Origin: Rubricoccaceae bacterium
GTDB taxonomy: Bacteria > Actinomycetota > Actinomycetes > S36-B12
DNA length: 56,392 nt
Assembly: GCA_040381195.1 (NCBI GenBank)
Contig: JBEIHR010000001.1
Span: forward strand, 1 to 56,392
Direction of reading: 5' to 3'
Shown: in pieces, positions 8,153-16,382 of the stretch
Layout: each line of letters begins with the position of its first letter
How positions within the stretch are numbered: the first letter of the stretch is position 1
The notes under the pieces: generated by a model
Databases searched by the model: none
What the model was told of the DNA's origin: nothing
Seen by the model: only the letters and a program-made list of their open reading frames with translations
Position numbers and translations under genes: made by a program

Positions 8153-9247
8153 TCACGCACCGGAGGTGGGTGATGCGGAAGGGCTCTGGGAAGGAGTCGC
8201 CTCGATCACCGCACGGCGATCCTCGGTGAGCAGGACTATCCACGTCTGTCCGGGCTTGAAGGTCATCGATGAGCCGTCACGCAACAGGAACGTTGTGCCC
8301 GAAGCAGCATCCGGTCGGCTCCACGTGACGTCGAAGGCGCGCCCATCCCGGAGGACGATGCCCGTGCCGGTTCCGATGGTCTCGGCATGCGGGGTATTGC
8401 CACCCCCCTTGTCGAAGAACTCGGATTCGGATTGCTTCACGTATTGCAGGACTACGGTCTGGGCTCGTTGTTGCTCGCCGGTTTCCTCTTCCTGTGCCAG
8501 GAAACCGTTCAGGCTGACGAGGAAGTCACCGCGCGCGGAGTCGTATTGGAAATCCGCTGACGAGGAACCCCACTCGGTGCGTGCCCGATACACGGGGTAG
8601 CCGCCAGCAGGAGCGGCGTCGTCGAATGCGAATCCGATGTCGCGGGTGACGGAGGCACCGGGAGCCGACGCGATACCCGCCTGCCCGTCCAGGAAGTAGT
8701 TGTAGGGGGAGCGCCTTTCGGCATCGCGTGAGTAGAGGGACGCCGCCTTGTTGGGCGAGATATCGACGACGCCGGATCCATCGATGAGGGGCCACATCTT
8801 GGACTGGACACCGGAAAAGGCGAATGCGGGTGATCCGTATTGCGCGAGGAGGTCGATGTCGGTGATGCGAGCCGAGCGCACGGGTCCGATCCGTGCGGGG
8901 ATGTCGCCGGCGAAGATCGCGGCGATCCGCGTCATCCCGTACTCCACCTCCTCGATGTAGACGACGTCGGCGCGGTGGAGGCCGGCATGCGGCTGTGCGT
9001 TTCCGGTGTTGTCGAGTTTCACGGCCAGGACGGGCCGCGGGCTGACCTCCGGGAGCCCCGTGAGGGGGGATGTGGGGGTCGGAGTCGGGGACGGAGACGG
9101 CGACGGGCTCGGGGTGGGGGACGGAGACGGTGTCGCGCTAGGGGCCTGGCTCTGGGTCGGCTGGCCGGCACACCCGACGAGGAGGGCGGCTGCCACGGGC
9201 AGCGCGACGAGGAGCCGGCTGATCACCTCTCCACGGTAGGTCGCCAT
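8153..9247 (-). CDS. DUF3048 family lipoprotein with Ser/Pro/Thr-rich linker
   Basis: This is the 3' third of the spurious 905-aa track ORF 8153..10870. The start is MATYRGEVISRLLVALPVAAALLVGCAG, which contains a lipobox. It is followed by an SPSPTPSPSPSPSPTPTPTS linker and then a DUF3048-like core: PLTGL...RPVLAVKLDN...HAGLHRADVVYIEEVEYGMTRIAAIF. Confidence 0.85.
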   Translation of the reverse strand: MATYRGEVISRLLVALPVAAALLVGCAGQPTQSQAPSATPSPSPTPSPSPSPSPTPTPTSPLTGLPEVSPRPVLAVKLDNTGNAQPHAGLHRADVVYIEEVEYGMTRIAAIFAGDIPARIGPVRSARITDIDLLAQYGSPAFAFSGVQSKMWPLIDGSGVVDISPNKAASLYSRDAERRSPYNYFLDGQAGIASAPGASVTRDIGFAFDDAAPAGGYPVYRARTEWGSSSADFQYDSARGDFLVSLNGFLAQEEETGEQQRAQTVVLQYVKQSESEFFDKGGGNTPHAETIGTGTGIVLRDGRAFDVTWSRPDAASGTTFLLRDGSSMTFKPGQTWIVLLTEDRRAVIEATPSQSPSASPTSGA

Positions 9248-9277
9248 CCCCGGAACGGGGGACAGCGGGGGAGGAAA

Positions 9278-9324
9278 GGGTGGCCGAAGTGGTTGACGGT
9301 GGGGCAAAGTGGAGTAAAGTGGCG
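9278..9324 (+). promoter_or_regulatory. Putative MraZ operator overlapping the dcw promoter
   Basis: GTGG occurs at 9280, 9289, 9299, 9309 and 9319, a 9-10 bp phasing. Most copies read (A)AAGTGG. A TTGACG (9293..9298) - 16 nt - TAAAGT (9315..9320) promoter-like pair lies within the array. AGGAG sits 6 nt before the mraZ ATG. Confidence 0.6.
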
Positions 9325-9376
9325 CCACCTGGAGGTGCCAGGGGGATTTATGGGGTCGACGAGGCAGGAGTGACAG

Positions 9377-9808
9377 ATGTTTCTGGGCACCCACGCTCCT
9401 CGGCTCGATGACAAGGGCCGCCTGGTCCTCCCCGCCAAGTTCCGTGAGCAGCTGGCCGCAGGCCTGGTGCTGACCCGGGGCCAGGAGCGCTCCCTCGTGG
9501 TCTGGCCCACGGCGGAGTTCGCCCTCTACGCGGAGCGCCTCGGCGAGGCCTCCCGTTCGGATGCCCGGGTCCGGGCCTATCTGCGCGTCCTGTTCTCCGG
9601 TGCCTCCGACGAGATCCCCGACCGCCAGGGCCGCATCACCGTGCCCCCGGGTCTGCGTGAGTACGCAGGCCTCGATCGCGAGGTCATCGTGGTCGGCAAT
9701 GGGACCACGGCCGAGATCTGGGACGCCGAGACCTGGAACACCTATCTCGCCGGCCAGGAGGACAACTTCTCCGGCCTGAATGAGGAGGTGATTCCAGGAG
9801 TGCTGTGA
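9377..9808 (+). CDS. mraZ: Transcriptional regulator MraZ
   Basis: 143 aa. [26 protein letters not shown] and a second SpoVT/AbrB-like half ([18 protein letters not shown]). First gene of the dcw cluster. Confidence 0.95.
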   Translation: MFLGTHAPRLDDKGRLVLPAKFREQLAAGLVLTRGQERSLVVWPTAEFALYAERLGEASRSDARVRAYLRVLFSGASDEIPDRQGRITVPPGLREYAGLDREVIVVGNGTTAEIWDAETWNTYLAGQEDNFSGLNEEVIPGVL

Positions 9809-9811
9809 CGT

Positions 9812-9897
9812 CGTGCGGCTCGGTCTCCTCCCGCCCACTTCCTGACATCCCTTCCCCGGTGACAGGCAGGCGATGCGGGCGGGGGCCCGGCCGCACG
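9812..9897 (+). promoter_or_regulatory. Long imperfect RNA hairpin in the mraZ-rsmH spacer (candidate cis-regulatory RNA, possibly the mraW motif)
   Basis: P1 pairs 9812..9819 with 9890..9897 (8 bp). CGG 9821..9823 pairs with CCG 9887..9889. P2 pairs CTCCCGCCC 9828..9836 with GGGCGGGGG 9877..9885 (9 bp, one G-U). P3 pairs CCTGACA 9841..9847 with TGACAGG 9860..9866. The element starts 4 nt after the mraZ stop. Confidence 0.4.
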
Positions 9898-9940
9898 GAG
9901 GCAAGGAACCGCGACCGTGATTCACCACGAAGGGGAAGAC

Positions 9941-10069
9941 ATGAGCACACTGAATGAGTTCGTCCAGCATCCGGTAGTCCGTGGGATGCGTACCGGAGCA
10001 GCAGTACTCGTCTCCGGAATCCTCACGGGCACCGTGGTCTACTCGGTAGCCACCTTCATCGGCGGATAA
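9941..10069 (+). CDS. Candidate 42-aa single-TM small protein / upstream ORF of rsmH
   Basis: Too short for the ORF track. ATG 9941 is preceded by AAGGGGAAG. Product: MSTLNEFVQHPVVRGMRTGAAVLVSGILTGTVVYSVATFIGG. TAA stop at 10067..10069, 6 nt before the rsmH ATG and in the same frame. GC3 is only ~69%, below neighbouring genes. Confidence 0.35.
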   Translation: MSTLNEFVQHPVVRGMRTGAAVLVSGILTGTVVYSVATFIGG

Positions 10070-10075
10070 CGACTG

Positions 10076-11047
10076 ATGGAGATTGAGGACGTCGACTACG
10101 TCCCGCATCACGAGCCTGTGCTGCGGGAACGTGTCTTCGCCCTTCTCGCTCCAGCCCTCACCCAGCCCGAACCGATCCTCGTGGATGCCACGGTGGGTCT
10201 CGGGGGACACGCGCACTTCGCACTTGAGCACGTTCCCGGACTCCGGCTCATCGGTATCGATCGGGATGCCCGTGCACTCGCAATCAGCCGGGACCGTTTG
10301 TCCGCTTTCGCAGATCGCGTGACACTGGTACACGCGGTCTACGACCGCATCGGTGACGTGCTTCAGGAACTTGGTCACCCGCACGTGCACGGGATCCTCT
10401 TCGATCTCGGCGTCTCGTCGATGCAGCTGGATGACCCCGCACGTGGCTTCGCCTACGCCCGAGACGTGGCCCTCGATATGCGAATGGACCCCGAGGCCAC
10501 CACGACCGCCGCCGACATCCTCAACTCCTACTCGGAGAAAGACCTGGCACGCATCCTGCGCACGTACGGGGAGGAGCGGTTCGCCTCGCGCATCGCCCGG
10601 CGCATAGTCAGCGAGCGGGCGAACGCACCCTTCACCACGTCTGGACGGCTCGTCGAGATCGTGCGTGACTCGATCCCGGCTCCGGCGAGGCGGCAGGGAG
10701 GCAATCCGGCCAAGCGCACCTTCCAGGCATTGCGCATCGAGGTGAACGACGAGCTGACCATCCTTGAGCGCGCTCTTCCCCAGGCCCTCGATTGCTTGGC
10801 GCTCGGTGGGCGCATCGTCGTGATGAGCTACCAGTCCCTTGAGGACGCGATCGTGAAGGGGATCTTCCACGAAGCAACCCGGGTGCGCGTGCCCGAGGAC
10901 CTTCCCTTTATTCCCGAAGGTGCCGAACCCCCGTTCGCGCTCCTCACCCGGGGCGCGCAGACGGCGAGCCCGGACGAGATCGCAGTGAATCCACGCGCAG
11001 CCTCCGTGCGCATCCGCGGGGCAGAGCGAGTGCGGTGGGCCGCATGA
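10076..11047 (+). CDS. rsmH: 16S rRNA (cytosine1402-N4)-methyltransferase RsmH (MraW)
   Basis: 323 aa. HEPVLRERV..., DATVGLGGHA, GILFDLGVSSMQLD, GGRIVVMSYQSLEDAIVK. Second position in the dcw cluster. Confidence 0.95.
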   Translation: MEIEDVDYVPHHEPVLRERVFALLAPALTQPEPILVDATVGLGGHAHFALEHVPGLRLIGIDRDARALAISRDRLSAFADRVTLVHAVYDRIGDVLQELGHPHVHGILFDLGVSSMQLDDPARGFAYARDVALDMRMDPEATTTAADILNSYSEKDLARILRTYGEERFASRIARRIVSERANAPFTTSGRLVEIVRDSIPAPARRQGGNPAKRTFQALRIEVNDELTILERALPQALDCLALGGRIVVMSYQSLEDAIVKGIFHEATRVRVPEDLPFIPEGAEPPFALLTRGAQTASPDEIAVNPRAASVRIRGAERVRWAA

Positions 11048-11724
11048 CCTCGACGGAGTTGGCGGTGGAAGCCGTCGCCGAGGCCCCCGAGTCGGTCACG
11101 GAGTTCGCCACCGCACGGGTGAGCAAGCGCACGCGGGCCCATCTCACCCTGGTGGCTCCGCTGAGCCCGGATCGCGCGAGTCGTGGGACGTTCGTTGTGA
11201 TCATCACCGCCATCCTGGCGCTGGCCCTCGTCGCCATGCTCGTCATCAATACGTCACTCGCGCAGGGTTCTTTCACCGTCCAGGCGCTGCGCGGTGAGTT
11301 CCAGGCACTTCAAGAGCAGGAGCAGGCACTTCTCGAGGAAGTCGCCGCCGCATCGGCACCGATCGCACTCGAGTACCGGGCACGTGAATTGGGGATGGTC
11401 CCGAGTTCGACGCCGGTGTTCATCTCCGTACCGGACGGACAGGTCCTCGGCAAGCCCCGTCCAGCCCCGGGAATCTCGTCGCGGACGACCGCCCGCATCA
11501 CTGCCTCATCGACGTTCACCACCGACGTATCGAGTTTGCCAACAACGTTCGCAGATGCTCAGGGATACGCCACAGAAGGCAGCATCCTGACCAGCCGGTC
11601 CGGTGAGGATGATCTCTGGCAGGAACTCCCGCCTCGCTCATTGGTCGCTCCGGATCAGCCCCTGGTCGTCGTGAGCGACACAGGCCCGGACGATCAATTG
11701 ATGGCCGAGCCGGTGGTGGACTGA
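11044..11724 (+). CDS. ftsL: Cell division protein FtsL-like (septum formation initiator)
   Basis: ATG 11044 overlaps the rsmH TGA (ATGA). One TM helix (GTFVVIITAILALALVAMLVI) is followed by a coiled-coil segment, LRGEFQALQEQEQALLEEV. Placement is by dcw position. Confidence 0.75.
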   Translation: MTSTELAVEAVAEAPESVTEFATARVSKRTRAHLTLVAPLSPDRASRGTFVVIITAILALALVAMLVINTSLAQGSFTVQALRGEFQALQEQEQALLEEVAAASAPIALEYRARELGMVPSSTPVFISVPDGQVLGKPRPAPGISSRTTARITASSTFTTDVSSLPTTFADAQGYATEGSILTSRSGEDDLWQELPPRSLVAPDQPLVVVSDTGPDDQLMAEPVVD

Positions 11725-11725
11725 C

Positions 11726-13531
11726 GTGGCCACCGACACCCGCTCTCGCCCGCGTACGGGCACGCGTGCGCCCAGCGGTCCGGTCGATGGTGGGTGGGCC
11801 CACAGGCGACTCACCCTGGGAGATATCCCCAAGCGCGGAATGATCCTGCTCGTCGCGACAGCGATCGTGCTGACGTTGTTCGGTGGTCGCCTGCTCGAGC
11901 TGCAGGTCTTCCGCGGACCGAGCCTCGCCAACGCCGCTCTCGACCAGCGGCTCAAGACGACTGAACTGCCCGCACAGCGCGGTGCGATCCTGGATGCCGC
12001 CGGTGATCCGCTCGCCGTGACCGTCGAAGCGCGAAATGTGACTGCGGATCAGACCTTGATCGATGATCCCGCCGCCGCAGCAGCGCGACTCGCCCCCATC
12101 CTGGGCGTTGACGTCGCAGAGTTGACTCCGCGCCTTACCGGGGATCGACGATTCGTGTACGTCGCGAAGATGATCACTCCCGAGACGTGGAATCGAATCT
12201 CGGACATGAATGTCCCGGGAATCTTCAGTGAGACGACATCGCGTCGTGTCTATCCCGGTGGTGAACTCGCGGCGAATGTCGTCGGATTCGTCGGCGCTGA
12301 AGGCGTTGGTATGGGCGGGATCGAGTACGCCCTGGAGAAGGAACTTGCCGGCACGGCGGGGGAGCAGACCTACGAGAAGGGCCCCGGTGGCCGCGTCATT
12401 CCCACGGCGAATGTCGATCGCGTTGATCCGCAACCGGGAATGGATGTACAACTCACCATCGACCGCGACATCCAATTCGTCGCCCAGGAAGCCATCGCTC
12501 AGACGGTGCGCAATGCCCGGGCTGCCAGTGGGACCGTCGTCGTCATGGAGGTGAAGACCGGCCGGATCCTTGCGATGGCCACCGCCCCGACGTTCAATGC
12601 GAACGACCCTGGATCGGCCGAGCCATCCGATCGGGGTAATCGAGTGTTGACGGATGTGTTCGAACCGGGATCGACGGGCAAGGTGATCACGCTTGCCGGA
12701 GTGGTCAACGAGGGTGCGGCTAACCCCTATTCCGTCATCAAAGTGCCCCCGACTCTGAGCAGAGGGGGCAAGGCCTTCAAGGACCACACGCCGCACGGAA
12801 AACTGCGTTTGACATTGAGCGGGATCATGGCCCAGTCCAGCAACATCGGAACTATTCTCGCCGCCGAACGAATCGGTGAAGACAAGCTCTATGACTACAT
12901 GAAGCGATTCGGAATCGGTGAGGAGACCGGCACCAACTTTCCGGCGGAGGGCAAGGGGTACATCCCCCCCGTGGAGAACTGGTCGGCTACGTCGATGCCC
13001 ACGATCGCGTTCGGGCAGGGACTCAGTGTCAACGCAGTGCAGGCAGCCAACGTCTTCGCGACTGTGGCGAATGGAGGCGTCCGCCAGGATCCCCGCATCG
13101 TTGACGCGATGATCTCGCAGACGGGAGAGGTGATCACACCTGAGTCCGGCAAGCGCACCCGGGTGATCTCCCGCGTGGCGGCGCAGCAAGTTCTCACGAT
13201 GCTGGAGACCGTCGTCGGTGATGGCGGCACAGCCCCGCTTGCCAAGATTCCGGGATACCGCGTGGGGGGGAAGACGGGAACTGCAATGTTCGTCGACCCG
13301 CGATGCGGCTGCTACAACGGAGATGTTGTTGCGTCCTTCATCGGTGTCGCCCCGATAGACGATCCTGAGCTCGTTGTGGCGGTGTTCGTGTCTCAACCTC
13401 GCAGCGGCAGGTACGGCGGCCAGTTGGGCGGCCCTGTGTTCAAGAGGGTGATGACATACTCGCTGCAGGCTCGACAGATCCCGCCCACGGGAACCCGGGC
13501 TCCCCGGATTCCCCTCACCGCCAAGGGGTAG
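11726..13531 (+). CDS. ftsI: Penicillin-binding protein 3 / FtsI (class B PBP)
   Basis: 601 aa with an N-terminal TM, a transpeptidase STGK motif (FEPGSTGKVITLA), SSN (AQSSNIG) and KTGT (GGKTGTA). Confidence 0.92.
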   Translation: MATDTRSRPRTGTRAPSGPVDGGWAHRRLTLGDIPKRGMILLVATAIVLTLFGGRLLELQVFRGPSLANAALDQRLKTTELPAQRGAILDAAGDPLAVTVEARNVTADQTLIDDPAAAAARLAPILGVDVAELTPRLTGDRRFVYVAKMITPETWNRISDMNVPGIFSETTSRRVYPGGELAANVVGFVGAEGVGMGGIEYALEKELAGTAGEQTYEKGPGGRVIPTANVDRVDPQPGMDVQLTIDRDIQFVAQEAIAQTVRNARAASGTVVVMEVKTGRILAMATAPTFNANDPGSAEPSDRGNRVLTDVFEPGSTGKVITLAGVVNEGAANPYSVIKVPPTLSRGGKAFKDHTPHGKLRLTLSGIMAQSSNIGTILAAERIGEDKLYDYMKRFGIGEETGTNFPAEGKGYIPPVENWSATSMPTIAFGQGLSVNAVQAANVFATVANGGVRQDPRIVDAMISQTGEVITPESGKRTRVISRVAAQQVLTMLETVVGDGGTAPLAKIPGYRVGGKTGTAMFVDPRCGCYNGDVVASFIGVAPIDDPELVVAVFVSQPRSGRYGGQLGGPVFKRVMTYSLQARQIPPTGTRAPRIPLTAKG

Positions 13532-13533
13532 CA

Positions 13534-15003
13534 GTGTTCGAAGCCCCGGAGTCGCACTCCGTGGATTTCGTTGACGTGATCAATTCCATCGGTGGTCGCA
13601 TTGCGAAGCCGGGGGATGCGCGCATCACATCTCTGAGCCTTGACTCTCGCCGGGTGTTTCCCGGAACGCTGTTCGCCGCTGCACCCGGCCATAACCGCCA
13701 CGGCCACGAGTTCGCAGGTGATGCGATACGCGCAGGTGCCTGCGCGATCATCACGGATCCCGCGGGCGAGGCCAGCGCGGTGGATCTTGGTGTTCCGGTC
13801 GCAGTCGTGGACGACGTCCGTGGTGCCGTCGCAGTCCTTTCCCGGGAGATCTATGGACCGAGCGACCCGATGACCCTGCTCGGCGTCACCGGAACAAATG
13901 GAAAGACATCCGTCTCCTTCATGGTGGCCGGTGGTCTCCGGGCCGTCGGCGTCTCCGCTGGGCTGATCGGAACGCTCGGGGTCAGCGTCGGTGAGCGGTG
14001 GGAGAAGTCCGAGCGAACGACCCCCGAGGCTCCGGATCTGCACCGGATCGTCCAGGAGGGCCGAACCATCGGGATCGATCACGTCGTCATGGAGGTCTCA
14101 AGCATCGCCGCATCCGAGAGTCGCGTGGCCGGGCTCGAATTCGAGGTCATGGTGTTTACCAACCTCAGCCAAGATCACCTCGACTATCACGGAACCATGG
14201 AGGCGTATTTCCAAGCCAAGCGCTCGATGTTCGTCTCCGAGTTGTGCCGTCAGGCGGTCGTCTGCATCGATACGGAGTGGGGTGATCGTCTCGCATCGGA
14301 ATTGGATATTCCGGTCAGCACAGTGTCCACGGATGGACGAGAGGCGACATGGTCCGCGCATGGAGACACTTCGTGGGAGGTACGGGGTCCGGGATTCCAC
14401 GCCAGTGAGATGTTGCGGGTACCGCGATTCGTGATCGCAAACCGACTCTGTGCGCTAGCGGCACTGGACGTGTGCGGCATCCCCGCACATCGCGCGTGGG
14501 AGGCCGTGTGCCACGTCGACGTGCCTGGGCGAATGGAACTCGTCACGACCGTGGCCGACGCTCCCTTTTATGTGGATTACGCACACAGCCCCGACGCGAT
14601 CGAAAGGGCGCTAGGCGCTGTCCGCGGCCAGACGGCGGGGAGGTTGCTGGTTGTCCTCGGTGCGGGCGGGAATCGCGATTCCGAGAAGCGAGGCGCCATG
14701 GGTCACGTGAGTGCGCAGATCGCCGACATTGTCATCGTTACCGATGACAATCCCCGTTCCGAGGATCCCGCTGTGATCCGTTCAGCCGTGACTGCTGGTG
14801 CCCACGCCGTCGGCTCCGCAGAAGTCGTGGAGATCGCCTCCCGTGAGGATGCGATCCGATATGCGCTCATGACATGCCGGTCCGGGGATGCGGTCATGGT
14901 CCTCGGAAAAGGGGCGGAGACGGTCCAGGAGATCGACGGTGCGCGCATTCCCTTCGATGATCGCGAGGTTGTCCGCCGCATCGCACGTGAGATCACCTCA
15001 TGA
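13534..15003 (+). CDS. murE: UDP-N-acetylmuramoyl-L-alanyl-D-glutamate--2,6-diaminopimelate ligase MurE
   Basis: 489 aa. Mur ligase P-loop GVTGTNGKTS, DYAHSPDA and a C-terminal DDNPRSEDP motif. dcw position. Confidence 0.93.
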   Translation: MFEAPESHSVDFVDVINSIGGRIAKPGDARITSLSLDSRRVFPGTLFAAAPGHNRHGHEFAGDAIRAGACAIITDPAGEASAVDLGVPVAVVDDVRGAVAVLSREIYGPSDPMTLLGVTGTNGKTSVSFMVAGGLRAVGVSAGLIGTLGVSVGERWEKSERTTPEAPDLHRIVQEGRTIGIDHVVMEVSSIAASESRVAGLEFEVMVFTNLSQDHLDYHGTMEAYFQAKRSMFVSELCRQAVVCIDTEWGDRLASELDIPVSTVSTDGREATWSAHGDTSWEVRGPGFHASEMLRVPRFVIANRLCALAALDVCGIPAHRAWEAVCHVDVPGRMELVTTVADAPFYVDYAHSPDAIERALGAVRGQTAGRLLVVLGAGGNRDSEKRGAMGHVSAQIADIVIVTDDNPRSEDPAVIRSAVTAGAHAVGSAEVVEIASREDAIRYALMTCRSGDAVMVLGKGAETVQEIDGARIPFDDREVVRRIAREITS

Positions 15004-16382
15004 TTCCGATCGCGCTCGACGATCTCGCTCAGGCCCTAGGGGTTCCTGGCTCGGGGGTCGATATCACGGTGCGGGGCGTGAGCATCGACACCCGCGCGGT
15101 CGCGCCCGGTGACGTCTTCTTCGCGATCCCGGGAGACCGGATCGACCCGCATACGCTCCTCCACGAAGCGGAGAATGCTGGCGCCGTGGCGCTCGTGGTG
15201 GAGAACGCCGGCGTCGAGGCATCCGTGCCCACCATCCTGGTGAACGATTCGCTCGAGGCCCTCGGGCGTTTCGCGCATTGGTATTGGAGCGATCGCCTCA
15301 CCTGTCGGACGATCGGAATCACCGGTTCGAGTGGGAAGACCACGACGAAGGATCTGGTGGCCCAGGTCCTCGCCTCCCACGGCACGACGGTGTCGCCTCA
15401 GGGCTCGTTCAACACCGAGGTTGGCGTCCCCGTGACGATTCTGGCAGCGGAGCCGAACACGAGGTTCCTCGTCCTTGAGATGGCGATGCGTGGGATCGGC
15501 CATATCGCGTACCTCGCGCGAATAGCCGCACCGGATATCGCAGTCGTGACGAATGTGGGCCACGCACACGTGGGGCTCCTCGGTGGTATCGATCAAGTCG
15601 CGATTGCCAAGGGGGAACTCGTCGAGGGCATGAACCCCGACGGCGTCGCGATCCTCAATGCAGACGATCCGCGAGTTGTGGCCATGCGTGCGAGAACCAG
15701 AGCCCGCGTGGTCACGTTCGGATTGTCCCCAGACGCTGATATCCGCGGTGATCGAGTCCGCACCACCCCCACGACGCTTCAGTTCGACATCATCGATCGG
15801 CGAATCGATGCGAGCACCTCAGTGGAGATCGGTTTCGTTGGCGAGCACAACGTGTCCAATGCTCTCGCGGCGATCGCAGTCGGTATCGAGTGCGGAATGA
15901 CGCTGCATGCGGCCGCGGAGGCCATGAACGGTGCACAACCCCGGAACTCCATGCGCATGCAGCTCGTGAGGGGCGCCCGCGGAGTGATCTTCGTCAATGA
16001 CGCCTACAACGCCAACCCGGAGTCGATGAAATCGGCGCTGACATCGGTGGCACACATGGATGGTCGCCGCTGGGCCGTGCTCGGCGAGATGCGGGAGCTC
16101 GGTGAGTTCTCGGATGCTTTGCACGCGGAGGTTGGCAGGCATGTCGCGACGTCCGGCATCGACCGACTGGTGTGTATCGGCGAAGGGACACGCCCGATGC
16201 ACCGGGCAGCCTCGGACCTGGGAGTCGAGTCTCTATGGTTGCCGAGCACGGACGACGCTATTCCAGTGCTTCGGGCAGAACTCGAGCCCGGTGACGTGGT
16301 GCTCGTCAAGGCATCTCGAAGTGTCGGACTTGAACGGATCGTCGCGGCCCTGGAGCATGACGAGGGAGGTGCAGCGGGATGA
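15000..16382 (+). CDS. murF: UDP-N-acetylmuramoyl-tripeptide--D-alanyl-D-alanine ligase MurF
   Basis: 460 aa. GITGSSGKTTTKD, DAYNANPESM. 4-nt overlap with murE. Confidence 0.93.
   Translation: MIPIALDDLAQALGVPGSGVDITVRGVSIDTRAVAPGDVFFAIPGDRIDPHTLLHEAENAGAVALVVENAGVEASVPTILVNDSLEALGRFAHWYWSDRLTCRTIGITGSSGKTTTKDLVAQVLASHGTTVSPQGSFNTEVGVPVTILAAEPNTRFLVLEMAMRGIGHIAYLARIAAPDIAVVTNVGHAHVGLLGGIDQVAIAKGELVEGMNPDGVAILNADDPRVVAMRARTRARVVTFGLSPDADIRGDRVRTTPTTLQFDIIDRRIDASTSVEIGFVGEHNVSNALAAIAVGIECGMTLHAAAEAMNGAQPRNSMRMQLVRGARGVIFVNDAYNANPESMKSALTSVAHMDGRRWAVLGEMRELGEFSDALHAEVGRHVATSGIDRLVCIGEGTRPMHRAASDLGVESLWLPSTDDAIPVLRAELEPGDVVLVKASRSVGLERIVAALEHDEGGAAG

Noticed and set aside
9248-10870. Upstream two-thirds of the 905-aa minus-strand track ORF 8153..10870
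   Set aside because: It runs antisense through the mraZ promoter, mraZ and rsmH, all of which have clear family motifs on the + strand. A lipoprotein signal peptide with a lipobox starts at the internal ATG 9247. Only 8153..9247 is taken as real.
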